A stretch of DNA of 64,000 bases from NCBI RefSeq assembly GCF_006345805.1, contig NC_043002.1, positions 83,700,001 through 83,764,000 on the forward strand. The letters are read 5' to 3'. This DNA comes from Octopus sinensis (lineage: Eukaryota). The notes beneath the pieces are model-generated. The model ran no database searches. It had not been told where the DNA came from and was given only the letters and a program-made list of their open reading frames with translations. Shown here piece after piece: positions 1-12,541 of this stretch. Position numbers and translations under genes: made by a program. Numbering within the stretch: the stretch's first letter is position 1; each line of letters opens with the position of its first letter.

Positions 1-8
1 CGAAATAT

Positions 9-50
<42 letters not shown>

Positions 51-60
51 GTATATATAT

Positions 61-220
61 ACGACGGGCTTCTTTCAGTTTCCGCCTACAAAATCCACTC
101 ACAAGGCTTTGGTGGCCCGAGGCATATAGTAGAAGACACTTGCCCAAGGTGCCACGCAGTGGGACTGAATCCAGAACCATGTGGTTGCTATGCGAACTAC
201 TTACCACACAGCCACTCCTC
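61..220 (-). mobile_element. tRNA-derived SINE type A, 5' half
   Basis: Reverse complement starts AGGAGTGGCTGTGTGGTAAG...GGATTCAGTCCCACTGCGTGGCACCTTGGGCAAG (A/B-box-like head); matches the copies at 26699-27098 and 44149-44523. Confidence 0.85.
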
Positions 221-421
221 AATATGTAGGGCTAATGTGAACTTCTTAAAGCAATAAGGATTGCGGTGGGGTGATTTGAGGGCGATGTGGTTGTAAAAGC
301 TCCATTATTTGGCTCATTAAGATCATTGATATTTTTGATTGTGTTATTGTTATTGTTTCCCCGTTGAGCAGACCTACGACCTAATGAATTCCCGTCTTCA
401 TAGGGTCATCTAGGATTTTTC

Positions 422-735
422 GGAGACCCCCCCTTCGGTCAGGAATGACCATGTGATTGCACATAGAAAGTTACCCTCCGAGGCACAAGTCCGGGCAAGG
501 TTGTTTTGTGGAAGGCCAGCAGTTGCCCATGCATACCAGGCTTCCCTCTCCACACCACTGATGTTATCCAAGGGAAAGGCAAAAGGCAACTCATTTCTAC
601 AGCTGAGTTAACTGGAGCAACGTGAATTAAAGTGTCTTGTTCAAGAACACGACACGCAGCCTGGTCCGGGAATCGAACTCACAACCTCACGATCGTATGT
701 TCGACGCTCTAACCACTGAGCCATGCGCCTTCACA
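422..735 (-). mobile_element. tRNA-derived SINE type C
   Basis: Minus strand starts GTGAAGGCGCATGGCTCAGTGGTTAGAGC...GAGTTCGATTCCCGG with clear Pol III A and B boxes; body continues into non-tRNA sequence. Confidence 0.75.
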
Positions 736-2199
736 TCTAGGACTACATTCTTCTATATGTCCCTTTTTTTTCAAGATAAAGAGCGTTGACTCCTTTTTCT
801 GAAGAATTTAGTTGATGTTTCTAACACGTCAATCGACCATACTGAGGCTCCTTCGTGACCTTGAGCTGTTGATGGTGAAGGTGTTGCATATAAACTGAAG
901 TAGTCACGATTTCAGCTCCAGACAACATTACATAAAGTGAAAAAAAAAATTAAATATTAAAAATAAAGTTAAAATAGAATTGAAAAGGTTATATTTTATA
1001 TTATTTTTATGTCATCCAAAGTTTCGGTTGAGCAAGATTTATTGTAAACGACGCAGTCGCTTTATTTTCTTTATTTTTAAAGTTTACGTGCAAGAACATT
1101 AAGTTTGTTTTGTTGTTGTTGTTGTTGTTGCTGTTGTTGCTGTTATTGTTGTCTTTTTTAACAATAGATTTGAAATCACAGTCCGGCAATATTGTACTTT
1201 GACTGACTTGCTTGACAACTTCTTTATCGTTGCAGAAGCAATTGTTAATCGCTGGCTCAATTCACTCAGCCATAAATATGTAACATTATATAAACTGCGG
1301 GAGTGCTTAGTGGTGGTGGTGGTGGTGGTGGTGGTTGGAGGTTTCATACTCGAGGACACAGTTAAAACCAGGACTGATAAAGGCCTGGAATGAAAATACA
1401 GCTTTGCATTTACTTCGTCTGGCATTCCAATGACCTTGCCGATTAGCCGCGTAGAATTGATCTATTTTTATTGATTTATGTATACAAGCACAAGAGACTG
1501 AATTATTATTGTTTTTCTTGTTACTTCTGATTGTTGCTGTTGTTGTTGTTGTTGTTATTGTTGTTTTGCCCCATTCAGCGTTCATTGACCAAGGCTTTAA
1601 TCAAGAGAATTTCTACTACGACCATCCTATCTTTGCAAATACTGATAAGGCACAGAAAGTGTGTCAATAGCCAACTGGAGGAGATGTCCTCCTGGTGCTA
1701 CAAGCAACAGTAGCATCAACCCTTAAGGGTTAGCCACATTTAAGTGGCAAATATACTTCACGTTGTCTTGCAGCTATTGTTTATACCTTGCTCAGAGATT
1801 TATTATAGCATCCTATCTTTTTATCTTTTTTTATCTTAGCCTATTGTTCGATTTAACACCAGCATTTGATCCTTAGTTGCCTACACAGAGTTCACTCTGT
1901 TAGCAGCTTTTGCGTCCGGTTTCCCATTTTTGGATAGCTTCCTTTCTTCTTTATTTACCAAAACTCAGAGACCCAGGCGAACCGAATCGCATTTTCATTT
2001 TCTTTATAGATCACGAATGTGATTATACATCGCTATCAAGTCTTTCACAAGAAGCATAAATAGTACGAGTTAGTGTCACGTTTGAATGCGTGGAAGTAAA
2101 CAAAAAGTGGGTCTCGGAATGAAGGACTGCATACACTGCTTGGTTTGGGATTTGCTGTAGTTATTATATGGGCGAAAACGTTGAATGATAATTCTTTCG

Positions 2200-2649
2200 A
2201 ATTTTGTAACAAGGCCAGCAATTTTAGGGAAGGGGATAGATTAATTACGTTGACACCCAGTGCTCAACTAATATTTATTTTATCGATCCCGAAAGGATGA
2301 AAGGCAAAGTCGATCTCGACGGTATTTCAACTCAGAGCGTTATTTCGGAAGAAATACTAAAAAGAGTTTAGTCCAGCGTATTAGACATCCTGTCAGCTCG
2401 CCACCTTAAACAGTTAAATTTGAATAATCCTTTCTACTTTAGGCACAAGGCTGGAAATTTAGTGGCGGGGAGGGGGGCGGTATTAGTGGATTACATCGAT
2501 TCCACTGCTTCACTGGTACTTATTTTATCGACCCCGAAAGTCGACGGAATTTGAACTCAGAACGTAAGGACGGGCGAAATACCGCAAAGCATTTTGCCCA
2601 GTGTGCTAACGATTCTGTCAGCTCGCGGCCTTAGTAATACTACTACTAC

Positions 2650-2687
<38 letters not shown>

Positions 2688-2800
2688 TAATAATAATAAT
2701 AATAATAATAGACCAGAGAGATAGAACTGGTACTTATTTAATCGACCCCAAAAGGATGAAAGGCAAAGTCGACCCCGGCGACATTTGAACTCAAAACGTA
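2200..2800 (-). mobile_element. Cluster of three SINE type B copies (about 2200-2407, 2427-2632, 2722-2800) with an (AAT)n tract
   Basis: Repeated motif ACTGGTACTTATTTTATCGACCCCGAAAGGATGAAAGGCAAAGTCGAC...GAATTTGAACTCAGAACGT, the reverse complement of the copy at 6494-6726. Confidence 0.8.
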
Positions 2801-2846
2801 GCGATGAGCGAAATAGCCTCGGACTTACAAATGCCTTTGCAGTAAA

Positions 2847-3158
2847 ATTCGACAGCCGGAAACTGCCGAACCCATCGTTTGCGAGTTTGTGTGTGTATAT
2901 GCGTGTGTGTGTGTGTGTGTATGTGTATGTATGCGTATGTGTGTGCGTGTGTGTGTGTGCGCGCGCGCGCATGCGTTTGTATTTAAACCTCTACCATCGC
3001 TTGACAACTGGTGTTGGTTTGCAACCTAGCGGTTCGGCAAACAGCCCAGGAGAATATGTATCAAATTAAAACAAAGTACTGTGATCGGTTTGCTCCACTA
3101 AGCCTTTCCAGGCGGGACCCAGTATGGCGCCCGTCCAATGATTCAAGCAAGTAAATAC
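2847..3158 (+). mobile_element. SINE type A, decayed 3' part with internal (GT)n
   Basis: CCATCGCTTGACAACTGGTGTTGG...GCGGTTCGGCAAA matches the reverse complement of the 26699 copy. Confidence 0.6.
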
Positions 3159-3394
3159 AAACGCGCACGCGCGCACGCACACACGCACATATATTTATCA
3201 ACATGCCATCTGATGATGCGATCGTTGGTCAATCTAATTTGTGATAGTTTTTAATTGCTTATTGATTTTGATTATCGATTATAGAAACAATCGTAACGGA
3301 ATAACTGAAACGCCAGCAATTTGCTTCCAGTTTTTCCTTCACATAATATATATATACGTGTGCATGTGCGCACGCATGTGTGTATGTGTGCGTG

Positions 3395-3427
3395 TAGACA
3401 GACAGACAGACAGACAGACAGATAGAC

Positions 3428-3480
<53 letters not shown>

Positions 3481-3529
3481 TAGGTAGGTAGATAGGTAGT
3501 AGAGTAGGTAGGTAGTAGATGATAGATAG

Positions 3530-3565
<36 letters not shown>

Positions 3566-3641
3566 TAGATAGATAATAGATAGATAGATAATAGATAGAT
3601 AAGATAGAAGATGGACAGATAGATAGATAGATAGATGATAT

Positions 3642-3674
<33 letters not shown>

Positions 3675-3700
3675 GGATAGATATAGATAATATAGATTAT
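3395..3700. repeat. (GACA)n/(GATA)n compound microsatellite
   Basis: Direct tetranucleotide repeats. Confidence 0.95.
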
Positions 3701-3835
3701 CTAATGACAAGGAACAAGAGAATATGTAATGAACTTCATCAGCTTACAGCTGTTTCTGCGATAAGATGCAATGCACTCATATTTGAGTGCTTATGTTTCT
3801 ATCAACTTATAGTATCGCTGTGCCTAAGTGAAATA

Positions 3836-3871
<36 letters not shown>

Positions 3872-4000
3872 TGTATGTATGTATGTATGTATGTATGTAT
3901 GTATGTATGCATGTATGCTCGTACATATGAATGTATGTATGTATGTATGTATGTATGTGTGTATGTATGTATGTATGTATGTGTGTATGTATGTATGTAT

Positions 4001-4272
4001 GGCCACTGGTATTTGTGGTGTAACACGCCATGCTAATCATATCTGTCGGGCATGTGGAAGAGAGTGTAATTCGGCAGGAGGACTTAAACGACATGCAAAG
4101 GTCCATGAAGCCTAGTTACAACTACAGTCAGCTATTACCGGTAAAGGTTTTAGTTGCCAATTCTGTACAAGACATTGTAGATCTTTAGCTGGGCTAAAAA
4201 GTCACATTCGATCACAGCACCAGTAACAGTTAAGTTTCGTGCAATGGCCATACTCGATAACAAGGGGGCAAT
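4001..4272 (+). mobile_element. 3' end of RTE-like LINE with two C2H2-type fingers, 5'-truncated, abutting (ATGT)n
   Basis: Translates HICRACGRECNSAGGLKRHAKVH and FSCQFCTRHCRSLAGLKSHIRSQH; 3' tail (about 4231-4270) is shared with 62705-62743. Confidence 0.65.
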
Positions 4273-4837
4273 GTGTATAGTGACTTGATCTAAGTTTGTA
4301 TGTTGAAACTTGGCCAATTACATGATGGGCAAACCATTTTAATAATAAGATTTCAAAAGTTTCGCCGCAAAACGCAACCTGGTCGCTGACATAAACCCAC
4401 AACGTGACTAGGCCGTATCGCTGTGAAGAAAATCTGGACGTTTCAAGAAGTAAATCAAATGTGAATTTAACATTTATTTCAATGTCTTATTTTGTTTTAT
4501 GGCTAAAAAGGTTTTTTACTGCGTAAATGCGCAAGTTTTGAAACACTTTCTAGAAAATATCTGACGACGTGACGAGAACGTCTGTGCTGTGGCGCCGAAG
4601 AATAAAAAATTCATTTATATTTTATTTTACTTGTTTCAGCCGATGGCCTGCGGCCATGCTGGTGCACCAATTTGAAGAATCTAGTCGAACAAATCGACTC
4701 CAGTATTAATTTTTAAGCCTGGCTTCTTTTACTAAGCCGAACCACTAAGTTACGAGGACCAGTTGTTAGTTGGTGGTGAGGAACAACAAAAATAAAAAAA
4801 CACACGCACAAACAAATATACATACAACATACATACA

Positions 4838-4870
<33 letters not shown>

Positions 4871-4917
4871 GCCATAGAGTTGCCACAGCCTTAGGGCTGA
4901 AACAACGCATTAAGCAA

Positions 4918-5668
4918 CATATATATATATAACAAATTAATAAATAAAACATATTCATATATACATACATATATGTACGTACCTACATCGACATGTATAT
5001 ATACACATGCATAAATGGGTCGTTCTTTCTGGTTTTCTCTACAAACATTCCCTTTTTTTCTCTCCCTTTCTCTCACTCCTCCTCTATCCCATCGCTGACC
5101 AGCGACGAGAAAACTACTGTCTTTCTGACCTCGCTTCCTTCGAGTGTAGACAGCTTTCCTGTGTCTCTCTCTGCCGTTCTCAACAAGCGTTCGTAATATT
5201 TTCTCTCGTTTGGCTTAACAGCCCTCAATGTCTGTGTTACTGTTATTCTCCTTGTCCTGTCTTTTACTGTTTATAATTTGTACTTTCTTTACTGTCCTGT
5301 TTTTGTTACCATTTTTACCCCTCCGCAAAAAAATCTCAAATTTTATTTAATTTGCTTTTTGCGGGAAGGAATGTTTCATAAAGTCGTGTCTCGCCTTGAC
5401 CTTCGAAACGCGGAGTAGATGAAACAGAGGCTACTGAAGAAGGGGAATTTTCCTTGTGTTGTATGTCCTGTACTCTATTTTTTCGTTGTTTAAGAAAAAT
5501 GTCCATTTCCTTGGTTTTGTGTTTATGTTTTCATTTCTCATTGTGTTCGACGTTTTTTTTTTGGTGTCCTGTACCCATATATGCATGTATATATACATGT
5601 AGATGTAGGTACGTACATATATGTATGTATATATGCATGTGTTTTATTTATTAATTTGTTATTATATG
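4918..5668. repeat. Fold-back repeat with about 95-bp inverted arms around a PLE pseudo-LTR-like core
   Basis: 4918-5019 is the near reverse complement of 5574-5668; the core is homologous to about 15690-16390. Confidence 0.7.
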
Positions 5669-5823
5669 ACGGAACGTACGCATCCATTTCTAAGTAAGTT
5701 TGTTCTTAATATATATATATACACACTCACACACACATACGTACAGACATACATACATACATACATACATACATACATACATACATACATACATACATAC
5801 ATACATACATACATACATACATA

Positions 5824-6465
5824 CGAGGTCTGATCATTAAGTATCAGGACTGTTGCCATTGTAGCGACGCTGAAGCACGCAGAGTGAAGCCGCTTGACAA
5901 AGATTGACCTTGAACTCTGCTGTGCATGTGCACTAAGTTTTAACGCTCTAGCTCACTTCCACTGTTTACAGCAGTGCTTGGTATGAAGGTGGGTTGCGTG
6001 TAATCATCGCATTAGCCGTGACAGAGAAAGTTGTCATGGCGATACCTGCTCAGTGGCCTATGCAAAACTGCAGAAAGTATATGGAGAGGCGTTTATGAGT
6101 CGCACACAAGTGTACGATGGTTCATAAGTTTCCAAAGTGGCCGAAAAATGTCGATATTGACTAACATTCTGGGAGACATGCAACCAGCAGAACTGAGAAA
6201 AATATTACAGGTGTGCTTGCAGCTGTGACAGGAAATCGTCGAATCACCATCCGTGAGTCATCAGAGGATGTGCAGATTAGTTACGGTTCATTTCAGTCCA
6301 TTATCACTCAGGATTTGTGTATGAGACGCGTGCCTGCCAAGAACATTAAAACTTAGAGCGCATGCACAGCAGAGTTCAAGATCAATCTGAGCCAAGTGAC
6401 TTTACTCTGCGTGCTTTAGCTTCGTTACTATGACAACAGTCCTGGTACTTATTGATCAGACCGCG
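5824..6465 (+). mobile_element. Internally deleted mariner element with long (about 120 bp) TIRs and TA TSD
   Basis: TA|CGAGGTCTGATCATTAAGTATCAGGACTG ... CAGTCCTGGTACTTATTGATCAGACCGCG|TA; internal remnant AYAKLQKVYGEAFMSRTQVY..WF..FQSGR is a mariner HTH region. Confidence 0.9.
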
Positions 6466-6493
6466 TACTTACATGCGATGGTACTGTCTTCTT

Positions 6494-6726
6494 AAGGCGG
6501 CGAGCTGGCAGAAACGTTAGCACGCCAGGTGAAATGCGTAGCCGTATTTCGTCTGCCGTTACGTTCTGAGTTCAAATTACGTCGAGGTCGACTTTGCCTT
6601 TCATCCTTTCGGGGTCGATAAATTAAGTACCAATTACATACTGGGGTCGATATAATCGACTTAATCCGTTTGTCTGTCCTTGTTTGTCCCCTCTGTGTGT
6701 AGCCCCTTGTGGGCAGTAAAGAAATA
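6494..6726 (+). mobile_element. Full SINE type B with 14-bp TSD
   Basis: GGCGGCGAGCTGGCAGAAACGTTAGC...GAGTTCAAATT head and A-rich end; TSD GGTACTGTCTTCTT at 6480-6493 and 6727-6740. Confidence 0.9.
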
Positions 6727-6736
6727 GGTACTGTCT

Positions 6737-6880
6737 TCTTTCAGTTTCCGGCTATCAGATCGACTCACAAGGTTTTGGCCGGCCTTGGACTATAGTAGAA
6801 GATGCTTGCCCAAGATGATGCGCAGGGGGACTGAAACCGAGACTTTGTGGTTAGGAAGCAAGCTTCTTACCACAGAGCCA
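6737..6880 (-). mobile_element. SINE type A, 5' half
   Basis: CTTCTTTCAGTTTCCG...CTTGCCCAAG...CTTACCACAGAGCCA. Confidence 0.75.
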
Positions 6881-7472
6881 TTTATGTTGTAATATGAAAA
6901 ATAATGGGGTTAATATAGCTTAGCTAGATACTATGATGTAAGACAGGACAGGTGAGATGAAAGACAAAATGTGTCTTTCATTTCATTGGCTACTAACGGA
7001 GTGAACGACGACAACGTTAAATATGAACTGACCTTGCCTTTCATTTCCTGTTCCAAGTAATCTCAGCATCAGAAAGCTGTCAGATGGCTCGCACATTATT
7101 ACTTCAGCAGAAAGCATGTTTTTCAAGATCGACAATAGAACTAAAAATAGTTATCGGCTTATTGGATGCTTGATTTCTGGTGTGTGTGCTTGTGTGTGTG
7201 TGCGTGCCTGCCTACATACATATATACGTATGCATACACACATACACACACACGCACATATTGCATTATATGAATTATATATATATTTGTATCCGAGTAT
7301 GAGTGTGTGTGTATGTGTCTGTGTTTATGTGTGTGCGTATGTATGTGTGTTAAATTACATATATACATTTCTATGTGTTTGTGTTTGCACATATGTAAGA
7401 ATTTTAATATACCTATTATATATATATATATATAATATATATATATATATAATATATATATATATATAATAT

Positions 7473-7515
<43 letters not shown>

Positions 7516-7546
7516 GCACATATATGTTGTGGCGGACATATGTGTT

Positions 7547-7783
7547 AAGGTGGCGAGCTGGCAGGTACGTTAGCGCGCCGGGCGAAATGCTTAGCGGTAT
7601 TTCGTCTGTCGTTACGTTCTGAGTTCAAATTCCGCCGAGGTCGACTTTGCCTTTCATCCTCTCGGGGTCGATAAATAAAGTACCATTTTCGTACGGGGGG
7701 GGGGTTGATGTAATCGACTTAATCCCATTGTCTGTCCTTGTTTGTCCCCTCTATGTTTAGGCCCTTGTGGGTAGTAAAGAAAT
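7547..7783 (+). mobile_element. SINE type B
   Basis: Near-identical to 6494-6726. Confidence 0.85.
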
Positions 7784-8187
7784 ATATATGTTGTGTGTGT
7801 TTATGTATGTGTGAGTGTGTGCGTATGTGTCTGTGCGTGTATGCGTGTAGACATATGCACATGCAAAAGCATATTTATTACTCTATGCATATCAACAGAG
7901 TGAATTAGAGAAAATAAGGTTGAAGTTTTTAGGTACTGGAATACTATGAACGTATCTGACGTCTCGTTATTTTGCTAGGATAGTCCTTTCTTTGTTTTAG
8001 ACCTTAGTGTAGATAGAGTTGTGTGTGTGTGTGTATCAATAACAAGAACTAAAATAAATCAATGCTCTCATTATCAGGTTTGGTGTGCCAATCAGTTAAG
8101 AGGGTGCCATTGATGAAATTCTGCTCGCTGTGAATGATATAACCAAGGTGGCTTGTCTACAATTTATGTATAGTAGTTGTTATTGAT

Positions 8188-8750
8188 AGTGGTGGTGGCG
8201 AAGGCACTTGTTGTTGTTGTTGTTGTTGTTGTGGTGGTGGTGGTGGTGGTGGTGGTGGTGTGGTAGTGGTGATGGTGATAGTGGTGGTAGTGACGAGGGT
8301 GTTTGTAGAAGTGGCGGTAAGGGTGGTAGTGGCAGTAGTGAGGGGAGTGGAGTTATGGAAGTGGTGGTGATGGTAGTGGTGGTGATAGTGATGGTGATGG
8401 TGACGGTATTAACGAGGGTAGTTATAAAAGTGGTGATGGTGGTGGCGGTAGTGGTAGCAGTGGTAGTGGCGGCAGTGGTGGTAGTGGCAGTAGTGAGGTT
8501 ATGGAAGTGGTGGTGGTAATTGTAGTGGTGGTGATGTCAGTAGACATGGTGGAAGTGGTGATAGTGGTGGTGATAGTGACGGTAGTGATGGAGGTAGTTA
8601 TAGAAGTGGTGATGGTGTTGGTGGTGGCGGTAGTGGTAGCGGTGGTAGTGGTGGCGGTGGTGGTGGTGGTGGTGGTAGTAGTGGTGTGGTGGTGGTGGTG
8701 GTGGTGGTGGTGGTGGTAGTGGTGGTAGTGGTGTTGGTGGCGGTGGCGAT
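8188..8750. repeat. Cryptic (GTG/GTA/GGT)n trinucleotide repeat
   Basis: Degenerate GTN triplets that generate the poly-V/T/H/P pseudo-ORFs. Confidence 0.9.
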
Positions 8751-9794
8751 AATGTTGGTAGTTGCTCAAATCCATCTCCACCCTGATCGAGCTGGCCTAT
8801 AATGCTATAATTTAAAGCATTCCAGGTGTGACCGTAACACCTGAAAATGTCACATAAGGCTCCTTGTACGGTTTTGTGGGTAAGGATGTTCGTTTTGCAA
8901 CCACGCGGTTTTGGATTCAATCTCACTATGCGTCACCTTGGTCAAGCGTCCTCCATTATGACTGCTAATCAGCCGACCTTGTGAATGAATTTCGTAGACC
9001 GTAACTGTACAGAAGCCTGTCGTGTGTGTGTGTGTGTGCGCGCAAAGTACCTTGAATCTGAGTTGCCTCATGTCCTCGTCTAGCGGCCGCAGGAATTTGA
9101 AGTTCCTTGTCATAAATTCGTACGTATTATAAAAGGTTCCGGATTATCAGTCTCCTGAAATTTGGTGTTGCACCTGTAGTTATGACTCATTAAGAGTTTA
9201 CGTCTTTATAATATCACAAAGAAATTCCATTAGAAACAAGACAGATTAATGCAACTGATCAAAGGAAAAGAAGTTTGATTTTTTTTTTTGTTTCTTGCTC
9301 TGCATAAATTATAAATTGACTCTGGTTTTATATCATATTGTATATAGTTATCAGTAGTCGCCAAGATCGTCGTGAGATTATGTTTTTAAAGCACAGAATA
9401 TACAATGACCTTTCGTATTACATATATAAAATGACAGACAATAAAAGGTAAGGAAAATAACTGCCGAACTTCCACGTAATCAACTGCAGTCTATTCATTT
9501 CGTAGATCCCAATGGATACAACGGTATATTCGAACACAATAGAGGAGATATGGATTTTCATCAAAAGTAAATTATCTTTTCTAAAGTATGCCTGAAATTT
9601 TATAGGAGCGAGTAGTCGAGTACATCGACCCCAGTATTCAGCTGGTACTTATTTTACCAATCCCGAATTTTTTCTTTCGGTCCTATACTAAGGTCGATTT
9701 TTCTCTTTCTCTTTCGGTCCCTGTCTCTTTTTCTGGAAGAAATCACCTACGATCAGACATGGAGAAAGATGGACTCATTTAGGTTAAATAATAG

Positions 9795-10005
9795 TTTCAA
9801 ATGTTGGCACAAGGCTAGCAATTTCGGGGCAGGGGATCAGTCGATTACTTAGACCTCAGTGCTCAACTGGTACTTATTTTATCGACTCCAGAAGCATGAA
9901 AGGCAAAATCAACCTCGGCGGAATCTTAACTTAGAACGTAAAGCCGGAAGAAATACCGCTAAGTATTTTATCCGACATGATAAAGATTCTGTCAGCTCAC
10001 TGTCT
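9795..10005 (-). mobile_element. SINE type B, diverged
   Basis: CTGGTACTTATTTTATCGAC...AAAGGCAAAATCAACCTCGGCGGAAT. Confidence 0.75.
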
Positions 10006-10719
10006 TACCAAAAGTAAATAATATGCCATGCACGGAACCTCAGACAAGAGTTTCCCTGGCGTCATCTTCACAAACAATACTGGGATGATCTTTCTGCGTA
10101 AAGAGGACTGTAGTTTATCGTGTACGAGTTCGACAGTTGTTTTGCTTTCACTTTGTTGCCCGCCATTTTTAATACGTAAAGCAACTCACATAAAAAAATA
10201 TATCGTCAAGATTTCTGAGCAGCTATTTTAAGATAGATTAACATTAATGTCCCAGCCAAGAAGAGCGGAATTTAAGCATCTACCTAATGTCGAAGACAAC
10301 AGCGTCAGATGTTTGGTGGCACAATGCTTGAGTCGCAGGTTATTCAGGACATCACTTTCTATCTGAATTACCTAAATTTATGCCCTTAGTCAATTTTTAT
10401 AATTCCTTTTAATTATTTTAACCATTCCTTTTAATTATTGCAATCCTTTGCTTTCCGCAATGGTTATACATAAAACTCCTATGAATATTCAAACTCTAAA
10501 ATTCATATGCTAGGGAAGTAATTCCAATAAAACATCTTCATTGAATTTTTGCAACAACTAAAATCGCTGTAAAAGGAGGGGTTTTCTTTTTAAGCCAACT
10601 CTTGATAGCAACGTACATGTTTCGATTATAATAGACCTCCTCAGCGAACATCTGCAGGGAGTTTTTGTCTACTAATTGCATGGATAATTTGCGATGTTTC
10701 AATTTGTCCAAACATTTCA

Positions 10720-10765
10720 CCAGTTGTCAATAGGTGGTGGGGAACAAATAGATATATACATATAC

Positions 10766-10814
<49 letters not shown>

Positions 10815-10828
10815 TGTATGTATGTATG

Positions 10829-10859
<31 letters not shown>

Positions 10860-10876
10860 GTGTGTGGGTGTATGAC

Positions 10877-10972
<96 letters not shown>

Positions 10973-11135
10973 TTGATACACGACGGTCTTCTTTCGGTTT
11001 CCTTTGACTAAATTCACTCACAAGACTTTGGTCGGCTCGGAACTATAGTAGAAGACACTTGCCTTAGGTGCCATGCAGTGGGACTGAACCCAAGACCACT
11101 TGCTTGAGAAGCAAGCTCCTTAACCATACAGCCAC
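10720..11135 (-). mobile_element. SINE type A with expanded internal (TA)/(ATGT)/(GATA) microsatellite
   Basis: Head at about 10980-11135; CCAGTTGTCAA-GGTGGTGGGGAACAAA body remnant at about 10720. Confidence 0.7.
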
Positions 11136-11345
11136 AACACATTAGATAATTTAGTTTCTCCGAGAATGGAATGGGTCACAAGTTGAGTGTCTTTGGTTAT
11201 AAGTCTGCTCGATCAGAAATGACCAGGCGCTAAACAACAGCTGCAGTCACATTTGTAGTCCTGTGTAAAGTAGCAATAATGCTTATGTTTCCATAGAAAA
11301 TAACTTTCTTTAAATTTCATACGTTTCTACTTTATTTTCCCACAG

Positions 11346-11396
11346 ATGATGAATGCTTATGAAATCATGCATGAAATCGTGTCATGAAATTGTAAA
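11346..11396 (+). other. Candidate 51-nt exon, possibly 5'UTR
   Basis: Acceptor TTTCTACTTTATTTTCCCACAG ending at 11345 and consensus donor GTAAGT at 11397-11402, in non-repetitive sequence. Confidence 0.35.
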
Positions 11397-12142
11397 GTAA
11401 GTATAAAATTGCGTATTCTTATAATAGATCGTGATAATTTTATTAGTGAATTTTCTGAAATACTGACAATTTTTGTATAAGTACTTGTTATCAGATGTAC
11501 AAAAGTGTTTAGAAGTGATAACTGACGCTTTCATGTCACTTAATAATAAATAATTGACAAATGCGTTGTGAGAACCAGGTGGCGGTGTTAAACCGAGACA
11601 AGGATTAAGTCTACCACCCAGGAATAGTTCTGGTTACCAAATTTCAATTGCAAGGCCCAAGGATATATAGCAGAAAAGTCTCCCACAGCATGCCTCATAG
11701 TGGGTTCGAATCCAAGCCCATGCATTGCGAAGCGAACCTACTAACCATTATGGCCTTGGCTATGCGTTTATTTCGTCAGAGCCTATTTCCTGGACGTTCG
11801 GTGATTTTATTATCTTGCACAGCACAATTGAAAAGAGAAAGGGAAAAAAATCCTCCTCAGATGTTTGTATCGCAAAGCAGAAGTTCAGATTATCACTTCG
11901 TAACACTTAACTTTAAAAATAAACAATATATTCTTTTCCTTTTTAAATATATTATTTCAACGGCAAATCCAATAAAAATATACGGGCAAACCTTTAAATG
12001 CTTTTAAAGTCTTTCAAATAATATAATTAAAAGACACATACAAATATATTTACACTCTCTCGCAAGCACATACAATAAGCATACGTGTGTCATAAATACA
12101 TTAAATATATACTGATGTATTACAGACACACTCACGCACACC

Positions 12143-12225
<83 letters not shown>

Positions 12226-12232
<7 letters not shown>

Positions 12233-12384
12233 AAGTAAGGGCAGAAGAAAAAATTTTCTAATGCCAAAATATGCCGAAAATGGACACTACGTCAATAACC
12301 ATGTAATTTATCACTACAAGCAAGTGTCATTTTCGGCATATTTTGACATTAGAAATATTTTTCTTTTGCCCTTGCTTATAAATT
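12226..12384. repeat. Imperfect inverted repeat, arms about 60 bp, spacer about 35 nt
   Basis: ATTTATAAGTAAGGGCAGAAG...CCGAAAATGGACACT pairs with AGTGTCATTTTCGG...GCCCTTGCTTATAAAT. Confidence 0.85.
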
Positions 12385-12468
12385 GTTTATAAATTTAACC
12401 TTTAAAGGTATTTTTTAATATGCTGGCCATTGATAGAATTTTTTTCGAAAAACTCTATCCTATATTAG

Positions 12469-12541
<73 letters not shown>

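Noticed and set aside
660-735. tRNA-like sequence
   Set aside because: No proper acceptor stem and it continues into a repeat body; this is a SINE head, not a tRNA gene
3339-4006. ORFs rich in YI/CV/HT/LSIY repeats here and throughout the window
   Set aside because: Translations of (TA)n, (CA)n, (ATGT)n and (GATA)n microsatellites, which lack stops in some frames
4030-4225. C2H2 zinc-finger host gene exon
   Set aside because: In-frame stop between the fingers, no acceptor, and followed by a tail shared with another repeat; better explained as an RTE 3' end
6494-7783. Recurring conserved motifs that could suggest a CRISPR-like array
   Set aside because: Dispersed SINE copies on both strands with no regular repeat-spacer period; eukaryotic context
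8208-8926. Poly-Thr/His/Pro/Val ORFs resembling mucin or extensin
   Set aside because: Open in several frames on both strands because of a GTN triplet repeat; no splice signals or unique domain
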